From contig CAZZEX010000021.1 of NCBI GenBank assembly GCA_964653285.1, forward strand, positions 1-56,735: 56,735 bases of DNA, in the 5' to 3' direction. The notes below the pieces were generated by a model, which saw only the letters and a program-made list of their open reading frames with translations, was not told where the DNA came from and ran no database searches. This document shows, one piece after another, positions 1-9,441 of the stretch (positions within the stretch are counted from its first letter, which is position 1; each line of letters begins with the position of its first letter). The stretch comes from an uncultured Anaerolineales bacterium (lineage in GTDB: Bacteria > Chloroflexota > Anaerolineae > B4-G1). The position numbers were made by a program, and so were the translations under genes.

Positions 1-1
1 G

Positions 2-260
2 CCGGACATTGTGCTATCCAACGACTTTCGGGCCTTCCACACCCCCCAGGCGAAAGCCTTCTGGAAAGAGCACGGCATCGCCGTCGAGAGCCTGTATGGG
101 CTGCTGTGTGTCCTCGGCCGGCGGGAGCGTAAGGGAGAGACCGAGCCCAGAGTTGCTGGCGCGGGGTGGGCTGTACAGCCAACTCTACCGGCGGCAGTTG
201 GAATTGGCAGCGAGCGGAAACACGAAGGCCCGAAGTAACGAAAGACACGAAAGTGTTTGA
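2..260 (+). CDS. 3' end of an upstream gene, probably frameshifted. Codon-position GC favours frame 2 over about 2-130, then frame 3 over about 140-260. The frame-3 tail ...PELLARGGLYSQLYRRQ resembles an ABC-exporter ATPase C-terminus.
   Basis: GC3 pattern read by eye. C-terminal motif ELLxxGGLYxxLYxxQ is typical of MsbA-like ABC ATPases. No start codon lies in the window. Confidence 0.25.
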   Translation, partial: RTLCYPTTFGPSTPPRRKPSGKSTASPSRACMGCCVSSAGGSVRERPSPELLARGGLYSQLYRRQLELAASGNTKARSNERHESV

Positions 261-407
261 CAATACATAGGGAACTTCGTTCCAATGAACAATGAGACAA
301 TGAACAATGAACAAAAGCGGCTCAACATTCTGAATGTTATTCACAATCCTGGGGCAATAATGACATATTTCGTGTCTTTCGTGGTGTCTTTTGTGCTTTT
401 CGTGTTC

Positions 408-745
408 TCAATTGACCAGTCGCTTGATCTGCAACCGGGAAGCGCCGAAGTTTAACAGCAGGCCCAGCTTGAACCCCGATGCTTTGACGTAGTTGAGAGC
501 CTGTACGTAGCACCGTGCCGGTATCGGTGATCTCCTCGTATTCGTACTCCAGAGTTTTCTCGGTATCCATTTCTGCCTCACTCTTTCGCGCTTTTCGTGT
601 GCTTTTCGCTCCTTCGTGTTTCTTTTCGTGTGATCTTCGGCTATTCGTGTTTCCACTACCCACGGCCACACCGCACCGCATCCCTTGAACCGCTAATGTC
701 GCTGAAACACGAAAGTCCGAAAGGACGAAGGACGCGAGGGATGCA
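408..745 (-). pseudogene. Remnant of a GxxExxY-family (PF13366, PD-(D/E)XK-like) gene, probably frameshifted. Only the C-terminal ~45 aa are intact.
   Basis: ORF 408..671(-) ends ...ARCYVQALNYVKASGFKLGLLLNFGASRLQIKRLVN, matching the conserved C-terminus of GxxExxY proteins (..Q.L.YLK..G.KLGLLINFG...KRIV). The N-terminal part is unrecognisable and a neighbouring frame carries HEKKHEG / YEYEE strings. The region is full of cacgaaag / ctttcgtg inverted repeats. Confidence 0.4.
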
Positions 746-747
746 TG

Positions 748-1998
748 TCAAGCGCTCTTGCCGCCCTCGTCCTGCTCCAGCACCCACAGTCGCACCAGCG
801 CCAGCGCTCCGTCGGCGGCCCACTCCCGCACGCGGGCGCGGTCGCCGTTGAAACTGATGCGCCGGCAGGTCTCCCGGCCCCGCAGATTCACCGCCACGTG
901 GACCGCGCCGTAGGGCCGCCGGGGGGTGCTATCTTCAGGGATGATGAGCGTCCCCACGCCCACGCCGATGTCAGCATCGGTGGCCTGCCGGATCGCGTTC
1001 GCCATCGTCAGGGCGTCATCCTCGTAGGTCAGGCGGCTCCTCTTCCCTCTCCCCGACGCTTCCCATTCTGAACCGAAGATCATGCTGCGCCGGAGCCAGC
1101 GCTGGGACCCCTCCGGCCCGGTCAGCCGGGTGGCCACCAGCCCACCGGTGCCCAGTTCCGCTGTCGCGATGGTCAGCCCGCGCTTGACCAGCAGGTCGGC
1201 CGCCACCTGGGGCAGGTCCCGCTCATCCTCGCTGATGACGTGCTGTCCCAGTTCGGCCCGCAGCGTCGCCAGGTCCGCCTCAATCAGCGATTCCGCTTCC
1301 TCCAGCGTGCTGCCTGCGGCGACCACCTCGACGGTGATGGTGCCCCGGTGGGGCAGGAGCCCCAGGAGTGGGTTGCGGCCCCGCGCCAGCATGGGCTGGA
1401 TTCGCTCGTTGATCTCCGACTCCGGCAGGCCGTAGACCTTGAGCGCCGCCCGCCGGACGTGGTGACCGGTTCCCACCAATTCCCGCAGATGGGGCAGGAT
1501 GAACCTCTCCAGCATGCCTTCCATCTCGTAGGGGATACCCGGAGTGACGAAGATATGCTTTCCGCTCGTCGGCAGATAGAACCCGGCGGCGGTGCCCCGG
1601 TCGTTGTAGATGATTGTGCTGCCAGCGGGCACCTGGGCCTGGATGCGGTTGCTCGTCGGTATAGTGGACATCGTGCGGCCCCGGCGGGCGAACCGCTCCT
1701 GGATGCGGGCCAGTGCCTTGGCGTCCTCCACCAACTCCAGGTTGAAGTAGGCGGCGATGGCCTGACGGGTCAGGTCGTCCTCCGTGGGTCCCAGCCCGCC
1801 AGTGATGATGACGACGTCGGCCACTTCCAGCGCGATGCGCAGCCCTCTGTGGATGGCCTCCCGGTCGTCGCTCACAGTCAGGTGCAGGACGACCTCAGCG
1901 GGCAGGAGCGCCAGGCGGCGCGAGATGGCCTGGGAGTTGGTGTCCAGCCGGTAGCCGCAGGTCAGTTCGTCGCCGATGGTGAGAATGGCTGATTTCAT
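748..1998 (-). CDS. cinA: Competence/damage-inducible protein CinA (MocF-like N-terminal domain plus CinA C-terminal domain).
   Basis: Translation MKSAILTIGDELTCGYRLDTNSQ...VITGGLGPTEDDLT...; C-terminal ...ATAESCTGGL-like TAELGTGGLVATRL. ATG at 1996-1998 is preceded by GGAGGTGATC. The 690-aa table ORF is an upstream in-frame extension without protein-like sequence. Confidence 0.88.
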   Translation of the reverse strand: MKSAILTIGDELTCGYRLDTNSQAISRRLALLPAEVVLHLTVSDDREAIHRGLRIALEVADVVIITGGLGPTEDDLTRQAIAAYFNLELVEDAKALARIQERFARRGRTMSTIPTSNRIQAQVPAGSTIIYNDRGTAAGFYLPTSGKHIFVTPGIPYEMEGMLERFILPHLRELVGTGHHVRRAALKVYGLPESEINERIQPMLARGRNPLLGLLPHRGTITVEVVAAGSTLEEAESLIEADLATLRAELGQHVISEDERDLPQVAADLLVKRGLTIATAELGTGGLVATRLTGPEGSQRWLRRSMIFGSEWEASGRGKRSRLTYEDDALTMANAIRQATDADIGVGVGTLIIPEDSTPRRPYGAVHVAVNLRGRETCRRISFNGDRARVREWAADGALALVRLWVLEQDEGGKSA

Positions 1999-3329
1999 CT
2001 GATCACCTCCCGCGCTACCCGTCGCCCCATCTCCACAGCGTAGTTGCTCCCCCGGTCCCAGGGATAGACCTGGCTCATATTCGCCATCCACAGCCCAGGA
2101 ATGGGCGTTTTCAGCGGTGGGATGTTGCGCGAGTGGTTGAGCGGGGGAATCGGCTGGGCGTACCTTTCGGTGAACATCCAACTGGCGCGCACCCAATCGA
2201 GGTGGAAATCTGGGTTTATCTTGACCAACCCCGGCAGATAGGTCTCCAGCAACTGTTCCTTGCTGTAGTCGAAATAGGGATGGTCGGGCGGCAGGTAGTC
2301 GCCGCAGTAGACCAGGTGGTCGCCCCCGTAGTGCTCCGGGCTGACGTAGTTGGTGTGCTCGACCAGTCCCATGAAGGGAAGGCCTTCCCCCTTGGGCAGG
2401 TTGATCCAGTAGTGGCCCTCGGTCAGGCGATGCTTGAGGGCCAGGATGAGCACTACCGCGCCCATTGATTTGAGCCGACCCAATTTGGCGGCGTAATTGG
2501 GGGGGAGATCGGGGGTCAACCGTACCATCGCCTGGGGGGAGCAGGTGCCGATGACCTGCTCGTGCTCGGCGACGTCCGCCGCCGTCTCCAGCCGCAGGCA
2601 GCCATCGGCGGTGGGATGGATGGCCCGCACCGCTGTCCCCAGCCGCACCTCTCCACCCTGTGCTTGCACCCGTTCGACCAGGAGATCTATAAATCCCTGG
2701 AATCCGCCGACGAAGTAGCCCAGGCTGGCGGTACGTTTGTACAGTCTGGCCCACATCCAGGCCATGTTCACGTCCCGATAGTTCTCTTCGCCGAATTTGC
2801 TGATGAGCAAAGGCTTCCACATCACGTCGTAGGCCCGTTCACCGACTGTCCTGCGCATCCACTCATCCGCCGAAACGCGCTCCAGCGGATGCCAGTTCCT
2901 GGTCAGTATCAGGTAGACGCCCACCAGCCCGAACCGCAGGCGGTCTACCAGCGGCAGCGGAGTGAACTGGAGCGTGCGGATGGCGCGGTGCAGCGGCGCT
3001 AAAGGGATGAACTTGAGTGCAGGGACAGGGCTGTCAAGCGGGTAGAGCCGGCCCTGGTAGTAGATGGAGGTGGTGGGGCGGGGGAAGAAAAGCCGGTCGC
3101 GGGTCCCGAGTTCATCTATCATGCGGATGACGTCGTCGTCGGAGGCGAACCAGTGGTGGTAGAAGCGGTCCAGGCGCCACTCCCACCGCTCGTCGCGGAA
3201 GCCCGCCGCCAGCCCCCCGGCATAGGACCGCGCCTCGTAGACAGTGACGTCGTGGCCTTGCTTCGTCAGGTCGTAGGCGGCTGTCAGGCCAGTGATTCCT
3301 GCACCGATGATGCCGACATCCATAGGCAA
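1995..3329 (-). CDS. FAD-dependent oxidoreductase, amine-oxidase / phytoene-desaturase-like fold.
   Basis: N-terminal dinucleotide-binding motif MDVGIIGAGITGLTAAYDL...VTVYEAR..GG. Length 444 aa. Stop overlaps the cinA start (ATGA), suggesting an operon. Confidence 0.75.
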   Translation of the reverse strand: MPMDVGIIGAGITGLTAAYDLTKQGHDVTVYEARSYAGGLAAGFRDERWEWRLDRFYHHWFASDDDVIRMIDELGTRDRLFFPRPTTSIYYQGRLYPLDSPVPALKFIPLAPLHRAIRTLQFTPLPLVDRLRFGLVGVYLILTRNWHPLERVSADEWMRRTVGERAYDVMWKPLLISKFGEENYRDVNMAWMWARLYKRTASLGYFVGGFQGFIDLLVERVQAQGGEVRLGTAVRAIHPTADGCLRLETAADVAEHEQVIGTCSPQAMVRLTPDLPPNYAAKLGRLKSMGAVVLILALKHRLTEGHYWINLPKGEGLPFMGLVEHTNYVSPEHYGGDHLVYCGDYLPPDHPYFDYSKEQLLETYLPGLVKINPDFHLDWVRASWMFTERYAQPIPPLNHSRNIPPLKTPIPGLWMANMSQVYPWDRGSNYAVEMGRRVAREVIR

Positions 3330-3364
3330 GTCCTAAATCCCAATGACCAAACCCCAATAGCAGA

Positions 3365-4411
3365 CTACTTGCTCAACCCGCTTGCCCACTCGGCCAGCGT
3401 CCGCCCCAAGTCCGACTTGCCCAGCCCGCTACGCCACATAAACCACAGCCCGGCGAAGGTTTCCGTACACCATAGCACGGCGTGTAGCAACGTCTGGTAA
3501 CTGATGGCCGTGTTCTGGACGACGCCGACGTGGGTCAGCACCAGGATGGCAGGAGCGTCGAAAGTGCCCAGATTACCCGGCCCCGAAGGCAGCGCCGTCC
3601 CCAGGTTGGCCGCGCCGCTCATCAACAGGAGGTGGTGCAGGTCAACGCCAAAACCAAACGAGTTCATCAGCAGACGGTAACTGCACGTCTCGGCCGTCCA
3701 CACGGTGATGGAAAAGACCAGAACCAGGGTCAGCGTCAGGACGGATCTGATGGAGGCGAAACCACGAATGAAGCGCTCGGCGACGTCACGCAGACGTGGG
3801 CGGAAGTGCTGCGGGGTGAGGCGGGCGATGAGCCACTCCGCCAGGTGCTGGATGGGGACGGGCCATAACACCAGCGCGTAGACAAATGCCAGCGCAGCGC
3901 CAAAAATCGCCACTGCCGCCCACACGATGTAGCGCAGGTAATCGGGGATGCCTCCGATGAAGGCCGCCAGGATGAGGAACAGGATCATCGTCAGCCCGTC
4001 GAAGACACGCTCGACCAGGATGGAGGCCAGCCCGGCGGCGGCGGAAACAGAGTTGCGCTGTCGCAGCAGCAGCGCGCGTATGATCTCGCCAGTCCGAAAG
4101 GGATAGATGTTGTTTGCCCCCCGGCCCATGGCCATCGTCGGCAGAAGTTCTCGCAGGGGGATGTGACGCTCGGAGGAGAGGAGCGCCTGCCACCGGGCGG
4201 TACGGGCCACCAGCGCGAAGAGATATAGAACCACTGCTGGCGCAATCCAGAGGTAGTGGGCCTGTCTGAAGGCCAGCCAGACCTCCCTTGGCTGCAGGTT
4301 CTGGATGGCGATGTACAAGGACACGCCGCTCACCATCAGGCCCACGATAGCCCTCCAGTTGAAACGGCGTCCCCGATCTATTCTGGCTCTCACCTGTTCC
4401 CTCCCCGTCAT
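3365..4411 (-). CDS. Polytopic membrane protein of the flippase-like / lysyl-phosphatidylglycerol-synthase TM-region (UPF0104) type.
   Basis: About 8 predicted TM helices, basic N-terminus, 35-bp spacing to the downstream oxidoreductase. Family assignment is from memory of the UPF0104 pattern. Confidence 0.6.
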   Translation of the reverse strand: MTGREQVRARIDRGRRFNWRAIVGLMVSGVSLYIAIQNLQPREVWLAFRQAHYLWIAPAVVLYLFALVARTARWQALLSSERHIPLRELLPTMAMGRGANNIYPFRTGEIIRALLLRQRNSVSAAAGLASILVERVFDGLTMILFLILAAFIGGIPDYLRYIVWAAVAIFGAALAFVYALVLWPVPIQHLAEWLIARLTPQHFRPRLRDVAERFIRGFASIRSVLTLTLVLVFSITVWTAETCSYRLLMNSFGFGVDLHHLLLMSGAANLGTALPSGPGNLGTFDAPAILVLTHVGVVQNTAISYQTLLHAVLWCTETFAGLWFMWRSGLGKSDLGRTLAEWASGLSK

Positions 4412-4599
4412 CGGCGTTGTGCCGCCATCAGCAGGTTCCCTTCAGGTAAACCATTCTAGCATATCCTTCCTAAATGACAACACCAGCCGCCCCCAACCTG
4501 GCGGATAGGCTGGTTCGCGCCCGGCGTTGCTCCTCGCTCCCTGCCTCCGGTCTCTCGCTTCTTGTCTCTTGCCCCTTGCCTCCTCCCTCTTACCACTGC

Positions 4600-5361
4600 T
4601 CAACCAACCACCGGCGTCTGTCGCTGTCGCCACGCCTCGTAGAGCACGATGGACCCAGCCACGGCAGCGTTGAGGGAAGTCACCTTTCCTTGCATAGGCA
4701 GTTCAACCAGGAAGTCGCACCGCTCCCGTACCAAACGCCGCAATCCTTCCCCCTCGCTCCCTACCACCAGCGCTAGCGGGCCGTTCAGGTCGGCCTCGTG
4801 GTAGAGTTGCGTGCCGTGCAGCGCCTCCAACCCGGCCACCCACACGTCGTGCGCCTTGAGCCTCTCAATGGCGCTCACCAGATTAGTCACCTGTGCCACC
4901 AGCAGGTGCTCCACTGCACCTGCCGAGGCGTGGACCACCGCCGGTGTGATGCCCACCGCCCGCCGCCGCTGAATCACCACCCCGTGCACGCCCACGGCCT
5001 CGGCTGTGCGTAGCAAACCCCCCATGTTCTGAGGATCCTGCAACAGATCGAGCAGCAGGAGTAGAAGGGCTTCGTGACGGGATGAGGCCATGGCCAGGAT
5101 GTCATCGAGCGTGCTGTAGGGATACTCGCTCGTCTCCAGCGCCACGCCCTGGTGGTTGACGTTGCCAAGACGGTTCAGATTGCGCCGTTCGGTGCGATCC
5201 ACCGGCACCCCGGCCTGCTCGGCCAGAAAAACAATCTGGCCGATGATGTCCGTCTGCCGGACGCCTTCGGCCAGCATCACTTTGTGGGGCTTGCGCCGCC
5301 TGGCCTGCAACGATTCGCGGACCGCGTGCCGGCCATAGAGAACTTGAGAATGTCCCCTCAT
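4600..5361 (-). CDS. rlmB: 23S rRNA (guanosine-2'-O)-methyltransferase RlmB (SpoU/TrmH family).
   Basis: YGRHAVRESL... KR-rich N-terminal L30e-like domain plus SpoU motifs (LVVGSEGEGLRRLVRE, VTSLNAAVAGSIVLYE). Overlaps the cysS stop by 4 bp, as in the Bacillus cysS-yacO arrangement. Confidence 0.85.
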   Translation of the reverse strand: MRGHSQVLYGRHAVRESLQARRRKPHKVMLAEGVRQTDIIGQIVFLAEQAGVPVDRTERRNLNRLGNVNHQGVALETSEYPYSTLDDILAMASSRHEALLLLLLDLLQDPQNMGGLLRTAEAVGVHGVVIQRRRAVGITPAVVHASAGAVEHLLVAQVTNLVSAIERLKAHDVWVAGLEALHGTQLYHEADLNGPLALVVGSEGEGLRRLVRERCDFLVELPMQGKVTSLNAAVAGSIVLYEAWRQRQTPVVG

Positions 5362-6818
5362 CCTCCCCTGTGCTCCACCCGCCAGGTTGGTCCCTCGGGC
5401 CGATCTTCGACCACAATGCCGAGTTCCCTCAGTTGGCAGCGCAGCGCATCTGCTTGCTCCCAGTCCTTGGCCCCACGATATCGCTGGCGAGTGCTTAAAA
5501 TGATACCCATCAGCCCCTCAACCAACTCGCCGCCGGCCTCATGGGTCAGATTCTCGGGGATGATACCCAGTACCTTGCTGCCCAACTCACGGTAGAGGCC
5601 GTCCATCGCTGCCAGTGTGCCCCGGCTCACCGGTTGCCCTGAAGCCAGCAGCGCGTTCACGGCCCTGTTGAAGTCGAAGAGAGCAGCAATCGCTTTGGGC
5701 GTGTTGAAATCATCGTTCATTGCCTCCATGAACGCATCGTGATGGGGGTCAAGGTCGGTGATATAGGAAAGGTCTGCCGTGCCCGACGGCATAGCGTACT
5801 CCACCCGCATTCGCAATGCGCGCACGGTACTATGCAGCCGCTCAACCCCCCGCTCGGCGGCCAGCATCGCGTCGCGGCTGAAATCCATTGGTCCCCGGTA
5901 GTGGCTCGATAGGATGAAGAAACGGATTGCCTCCGGGCTGTAGAGTTTGAGCGCCTCCTTGATAGTGAGGAAGTTGCCCAGGCTTTTGCTCATCTTGATC
6001 CCGTTGACAGTCAGGGAGCCGGCCAAAATCCAGTAACGGGCGAAGGGTTTGCCGGTGGCAGCCTCCGATTGGGCGATTTCGCACTCGTTGTGCGGGAAGA
6101 TATTGTCCAGCCCGCCACCGTGAATGTCAAACGTCTCACCCAGGTACTTGGTCGCCATCGCTGTGCACTCGATGTGCCAGCCTGGATAGCCCCAGCCCCA
6201 GGGTGAGGGCCAGCGCAGGACGTGTTCCGGCTCGGCGTGTTTCCACAGCGCGAAATCGGCCGGGTGCTGCTTTTCCTCCCGCACCGCCACCCGCGCTCCT
6301 GCCTCTAACTCCTCGACCTTGTGGCCGGAGAGTTTCCCATATTCGTCAAACTTCTCCACCGAAAAATAAATATCCCCTCCTGCCGTTTCGTAGGCATATC
6401 CCTTCTCCAGCAGCGTCTTGACAATCTCTATCTGCTCGGGGATGTGGCCACTGGCGCGAGGGGAGATGTTGGGGCGAACTATTCCCAGGGCGTCCACGTC
6501 CTCGAAGTAGGAGCGAGTGTAGGTTTCCACCACCTCCATCGGCTCGACCCGCTCCCGCCGGGCTCCTTTCAGGATGCGATCCTCGCCAGTGTCCAAGATG
6601 TGACCCACATCGGTGATGTTCTGGACGTAGCGGACTTTGTAGCCCAGGTGGCGCAGGTAACGCACGATCACGTCCATCGCCACGTACGTTTTGGCATGGC
6701 CCAGGTGGGCATGATCATAAACCGTTGGACCGCAGACGTACATGCCCACCTGTCCCCTCTCCAGTGGTTCAAAAGGCTCTTTCTCGCGGGTCAGATAGTT
6801 GAAAACCTTCAGACTCAT
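5358..6818 (-). CDS. cysS: Cysteine--tRNA ligase.
   Basis: Class-I HIGH motif (CGPTVYDHAHLGHAKTY) and KMSKS (IKMSKSLGNF). 486 aa. Confidence 0.95.
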   Translation of the reverse strand: MSLKVFNYLTREKEPFEPLERGQVGMYVCGPTVYDHAHLGHAKTYVAMDVIVRYLRHLGYKVRYVQNITDVGHILDTGEDRILKGARRERVEPMEVVETYTRSYFEDVDALGIVRPNISPRASGHIPEQIEIVKTLLEKGYAYETAGGDIYFSVEKFDEYGKLSGHKVEELEAGARVAVREEKQHPADFALWKHAEPEHVLRWPSPWGWGYPGWHIECTAMATKYLGETFDIHGGGLDNIFPHNECEIAQSEAATGKPFARYWILAGSLTVNGIKMSKSLGNFLTIKEALKLYSPEAIRFFILSSHYRGPMDFSRDAMLAAERGVERLHSTVRALRMRVEYAMPSGTADLSYITDLDPHHDAFMEAMNDDFNTPKAIAALFDFNRAVNALLASGQPVSRGTLAAMDGLYRELGSKVLGIIPENLTHEAGGELVEGLMGIILSTRQRYRGAKDWEQADALRCQLRELGIVVEDRPEGPTWRVEHRGG

Positions 6819-6838
6819 CGTGTCGTCCTCCTTAGCCC

Positions 6839-7888
6839 CTACCTTGCTAATCGGGCGAAAAGCATGCGACCAGCCGCCGTCTGCAGCACCTTGGTCACAA
6901 TTACTTCCCTGTTTTGGTTGATATATGGCTTTCCGTCTTCTACCACAACCATAGTACCATCGTCTAGATATCCTACGCCTTGGCCGATCTCCTTCCCCTC
7001 CTGAACGATCTTAACGACGAACGGCTCGCCGGGGAGAAGGAGAGCTTTGACAGCGTTAGCCAGTTCGTTGATGTTGAGCACTCTTACGCCCTGCAACTCC
7101 GCCACACGATTGAGATTGTAATCGTTGGTGACGATGGGACAGTGTAGCCGCTTTGCTAGCAATACCAACTTGTCGTCAACCTCTCGCACACCCTCGATGT
7201 CCATATCAGTGACGCGCACTGGCGTGACAGATTCGTTTTGGAGCCGGTGCAACATGTCTAACCCACGACGTCCCCGGTTGCGACGCAGGGTATCGGAAGA
7301 ATCGGCGATGTGCTGGAGCTCGTTGAGCACAAAGCGCGGGACCAGCATTTCGCCTTCGATGAAACCAGTGTGGCTGATGTCGGCGATGCGCCCATCAATG
7401 ATGACGCTGGTGTCCAGTAGCACGGGTTTATGCCCATTCTTTCCGGCTTCCGGGCCCTCTCCTCGCCCTGGCAACTTCCCGCGAATGATACTGAGAATGT
7501 CGTGTTGACGAGTGATCATCACCGTAATTCCCAGGTAGCCGAAGAGCACAGCAGCGACGAAGGGCAGAATCTGGCTGAAGGGTGGCGGGAGCAGCGAGAG
7601 CGGGAACGAGAGCATAGCAGCGATGATCAGGCCGACGACCAACCCAAGCACAGTGGCCAGCAGTTGCTGCGCCGGTGTCTGGCGGATGCGTTTGCGCAAG
7701 GCCAAGAAAGGCCGCACGGTCACGTAGGGCGTTAATACCAGGCCGATCAGTGCGCTGACGAGCAGAAAGATTGCCGCATACTGGTAGGGTGGGCCTCCCA
7801 ACTGGTCTGCTACGTAGGTGCCCAAAAAGGCCCCTCCAATAGCCATCAAGATCATACCGACAATACGGGAAATGAATTCTGTACTCAT
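6839..7888 (-). CDS. yacL: PIN/TRAM-domain membrane protein, YacL-like.
   Basis: N-terminal TM helices, PIN-like core (VLLDTSVIIDGRI...), C-terminal TRAM-like beta region. Located upstream of cysS as yacL is in Firmicutes. Confidence 0.75.
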   Translation of the reverse strand: MSTEFISRIVGMILMAIGGAFLGTYVADQLGGPPYQYAAIFLLVSALIGLVLTPYVTVRPFLALRKRIRQTPAQQLLATVLGLVVGLIIAAMLSFPLSLLPPPFSQILPFVAAVLFGYLGITVMITRQHDILSIIRGKLPGRGEGPEAGKNGHKPVLLDTSVIIDGRIADISHTGFIEGEMLVPRFVLNELQHIADSSDTLRRNRGRRGLDMLHRLQNESVTPVRVTDMDIEGVREVDDKLVLLAKRLHCPIVTNDYNLNRVAELQGVRVLNINELANAVKALLLPGEPFVVKIVQEGKEIGQGVGYLDDGTMVVVEDGKPYINQNREVIVTKVLQTAAGRMLFARLAR

Positions 7889-8270
7889 AGGTATCCTCCT
7901 TATGATAAATAATTAAGACCCGATCCGCGAACACGCCCTTATCATAGAAACAGGTGAGCACCAGCAAGGCCCTCACCTGCCGAAAGGCACCCTACATAGC
8001 CTGGCACTGGCATGCCTGGGTACAGTTTCGTCCCTGTGCCAGACGATTTCGCGGTACAGAATGAAATGAGACGATGAGTACGCGCAACTGAACCACGCAA
8101 CGGATGATGAGGGCCATTGGTAGGGCCAAGCACTAATATCTTAGCACATTCGCCGTCAAAAGTCAACGGCGCTATGGCTGGTAATTATCTGAATCTGTCT
8201 GGTGCTTGCAGCCCGTGTTGGTCGGTTGTGCTGAGCATCGGTTCGCTTCGAAAACTCACCCAGAGGCCAA

Positions 8271-8299
8271 TAGGCATTTTCCCACTGTTGGGCTATAAT
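8271..8299 (+). promoter_or_regulatory. Candidate sigma70-type promoter (weak -35 TAGGCA, 17 bp, -10 TATAAT).
   Basis: TATAAT at 8294-8299 inside GGGCTATAATGT. The same GGGCTATAATGT box recurs at 18961-18974 upstream of another gene. Confidence 0.35.
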
Positions 8300-8367
8300 G
8301 TACTGTGGACCGAGGTAGGATATTCAGGTAACACGCTGACCGCGTCGTCCTCCGAAAAGACAGGCGC

Positions 8368-9441
8368 GTGATACGGCGGCATAGGCTTGATGAGGCAATG
8401 ATGACTGAGCGGACCGAGCGTTGGGGTGCCGAACCTCTGGATGAAGAAGACGCTGGTACGTGGGCCTTCCGGGGCTATCGGTTAGACCCGACCCACTTCA
8501 CCACGGCGATGGTCCATTTCTACCGGGCCGAAGTGACCCGGGCCAACACCTGGCGCACCCGGTTGGACGCAACCACCAACTGGGCGGTGGTCACCGTGGG
8601 TGCGGGGCTCACCTTTGTTTTCAGCGCGCCGCAGAATCCCCACTTCGTGCTCCTGCTGGTGCTTCTGCTGGTGCTCACTTTCCTGCACATTGAGGCTCGC
8701 CGCTACCGGTACTATGCCCTTTGGTCTTATCGGGTGCATTTGATGGAAACCGACTTCTTCGCCGCGATGCTGGCGCCGCCTTTTCGCCCTTCCTCAGACT
8801 GGGCCGACCATCTGGTGGAGAGCCTGCTTCAACTCGCTTTTCCCATCGCCCGGTGGGAGGCGGTGGGTCGGCGATTCCGCCGCAACTACGTCTGGCTGAT
8901 CACTTTGCTGCTCATCAGTTGGTGGGCCAAGCTGACTATCCACCCGGAGTTGGCGCCGGATAGGGCCACGGTGGTCGAGCGGGCCGCCGTCGGCTCCATT
9001 CCCGGAGCGTGGGTGATGGCTGCCGTCGGGGTGGTATGTGGAGTGGTGGCAGCGCTGGCAGTGGTTGCGTCTCTTCCCCATACCTGGCGGGAGGCCCTGC
9101 CGAGACCACTACGGTGGATGGGGAGACGAGTGCAGCGAGCGGCAGGTCCGTTGTTGCCGGAGCCCCGCTCCCGGGAACAGTTGGCGATCATCATTACTGC
9201 ACGTGGTCAGCAGGTCTCTTCGCGGCTCTTGGCAGAATTGAGACGCGGGGTGACAGCGTTGGAGGGAACCGGGATGTACACTGGCGAGGCGCGGAACGTG
9301 CTGCTGTGCGCCGTGACCGACGTGCAAATGCCCCACCTGGAAGAGATCGTGTATCGGGCTGACCCGGAGGCCTTCGTCGTCGTCAGCCCGGTGGAGGAGG
9401 TGCGGGGGAAGGGGTTCCGTCCCTTCGAGCCCCCCAGTTGA
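8368..9441 (+). CDS. Membrane protein fusing a DUF2270-like N-terminal domain with a DUF2179-like (YitT C-terminal) domain.
   Basis: N-terminal ...MVHFYRAEVTRANTWRTRLDATTNWAVVTV...IEARRYRYY matches my recollection of DUF2270. C-terminal ...LEGTGMYTGEARNVLLCAVTDVQMPHLEEIVYRADPEAFVVVSPVEEVRGKGF matches DUF2179. The table start is GTG 8368; ATG ATG at 8398/8401 is a likelier start. Confidence 0.65.
   Translation: MIRRHRLDEAMMTERTERWGAEPLDEEDAGTWAFRGYRLDPTHFTTAMVHFYRAEVTRANTWRTRLDATTNWAVVTVGAGLTFVFSAPQNPHFVLLLVLLLVLTFLHIEARRYRYYALWSYRVHLMETDFFAAMLAPPFRPSSDWADHLVESLLQLAFPIARWEAVGRRFRRNYVWLITLLLISWWAKLTIHPELAPDRATVVERAAVGSIPGAWVMAAVGVVCGVVAALAVVASLPHTWREALPRPLRWMGRRVQRAAGPLLPEPRSREQLAIIITARGQQVSSRLLAELRRGVTALEGTGMYTGEARNVLLCAVTDVQMPHLEEIVYRADPEAFVVVSPVEEVRGKGFRPFEPPS

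Noticed and set aside
7889-8367. T-box riboswitch or tRNA gene in the long intergenic region upstream of yacL/cysS
   Set aside because: No T-box core (AGGGTGGNACCGCG) or tRNA-like cloverleaf (GTTC...GAAC T-arm with acceptor pairing) could be found by eye. A small ORF there (8117..8371) has low GC3.
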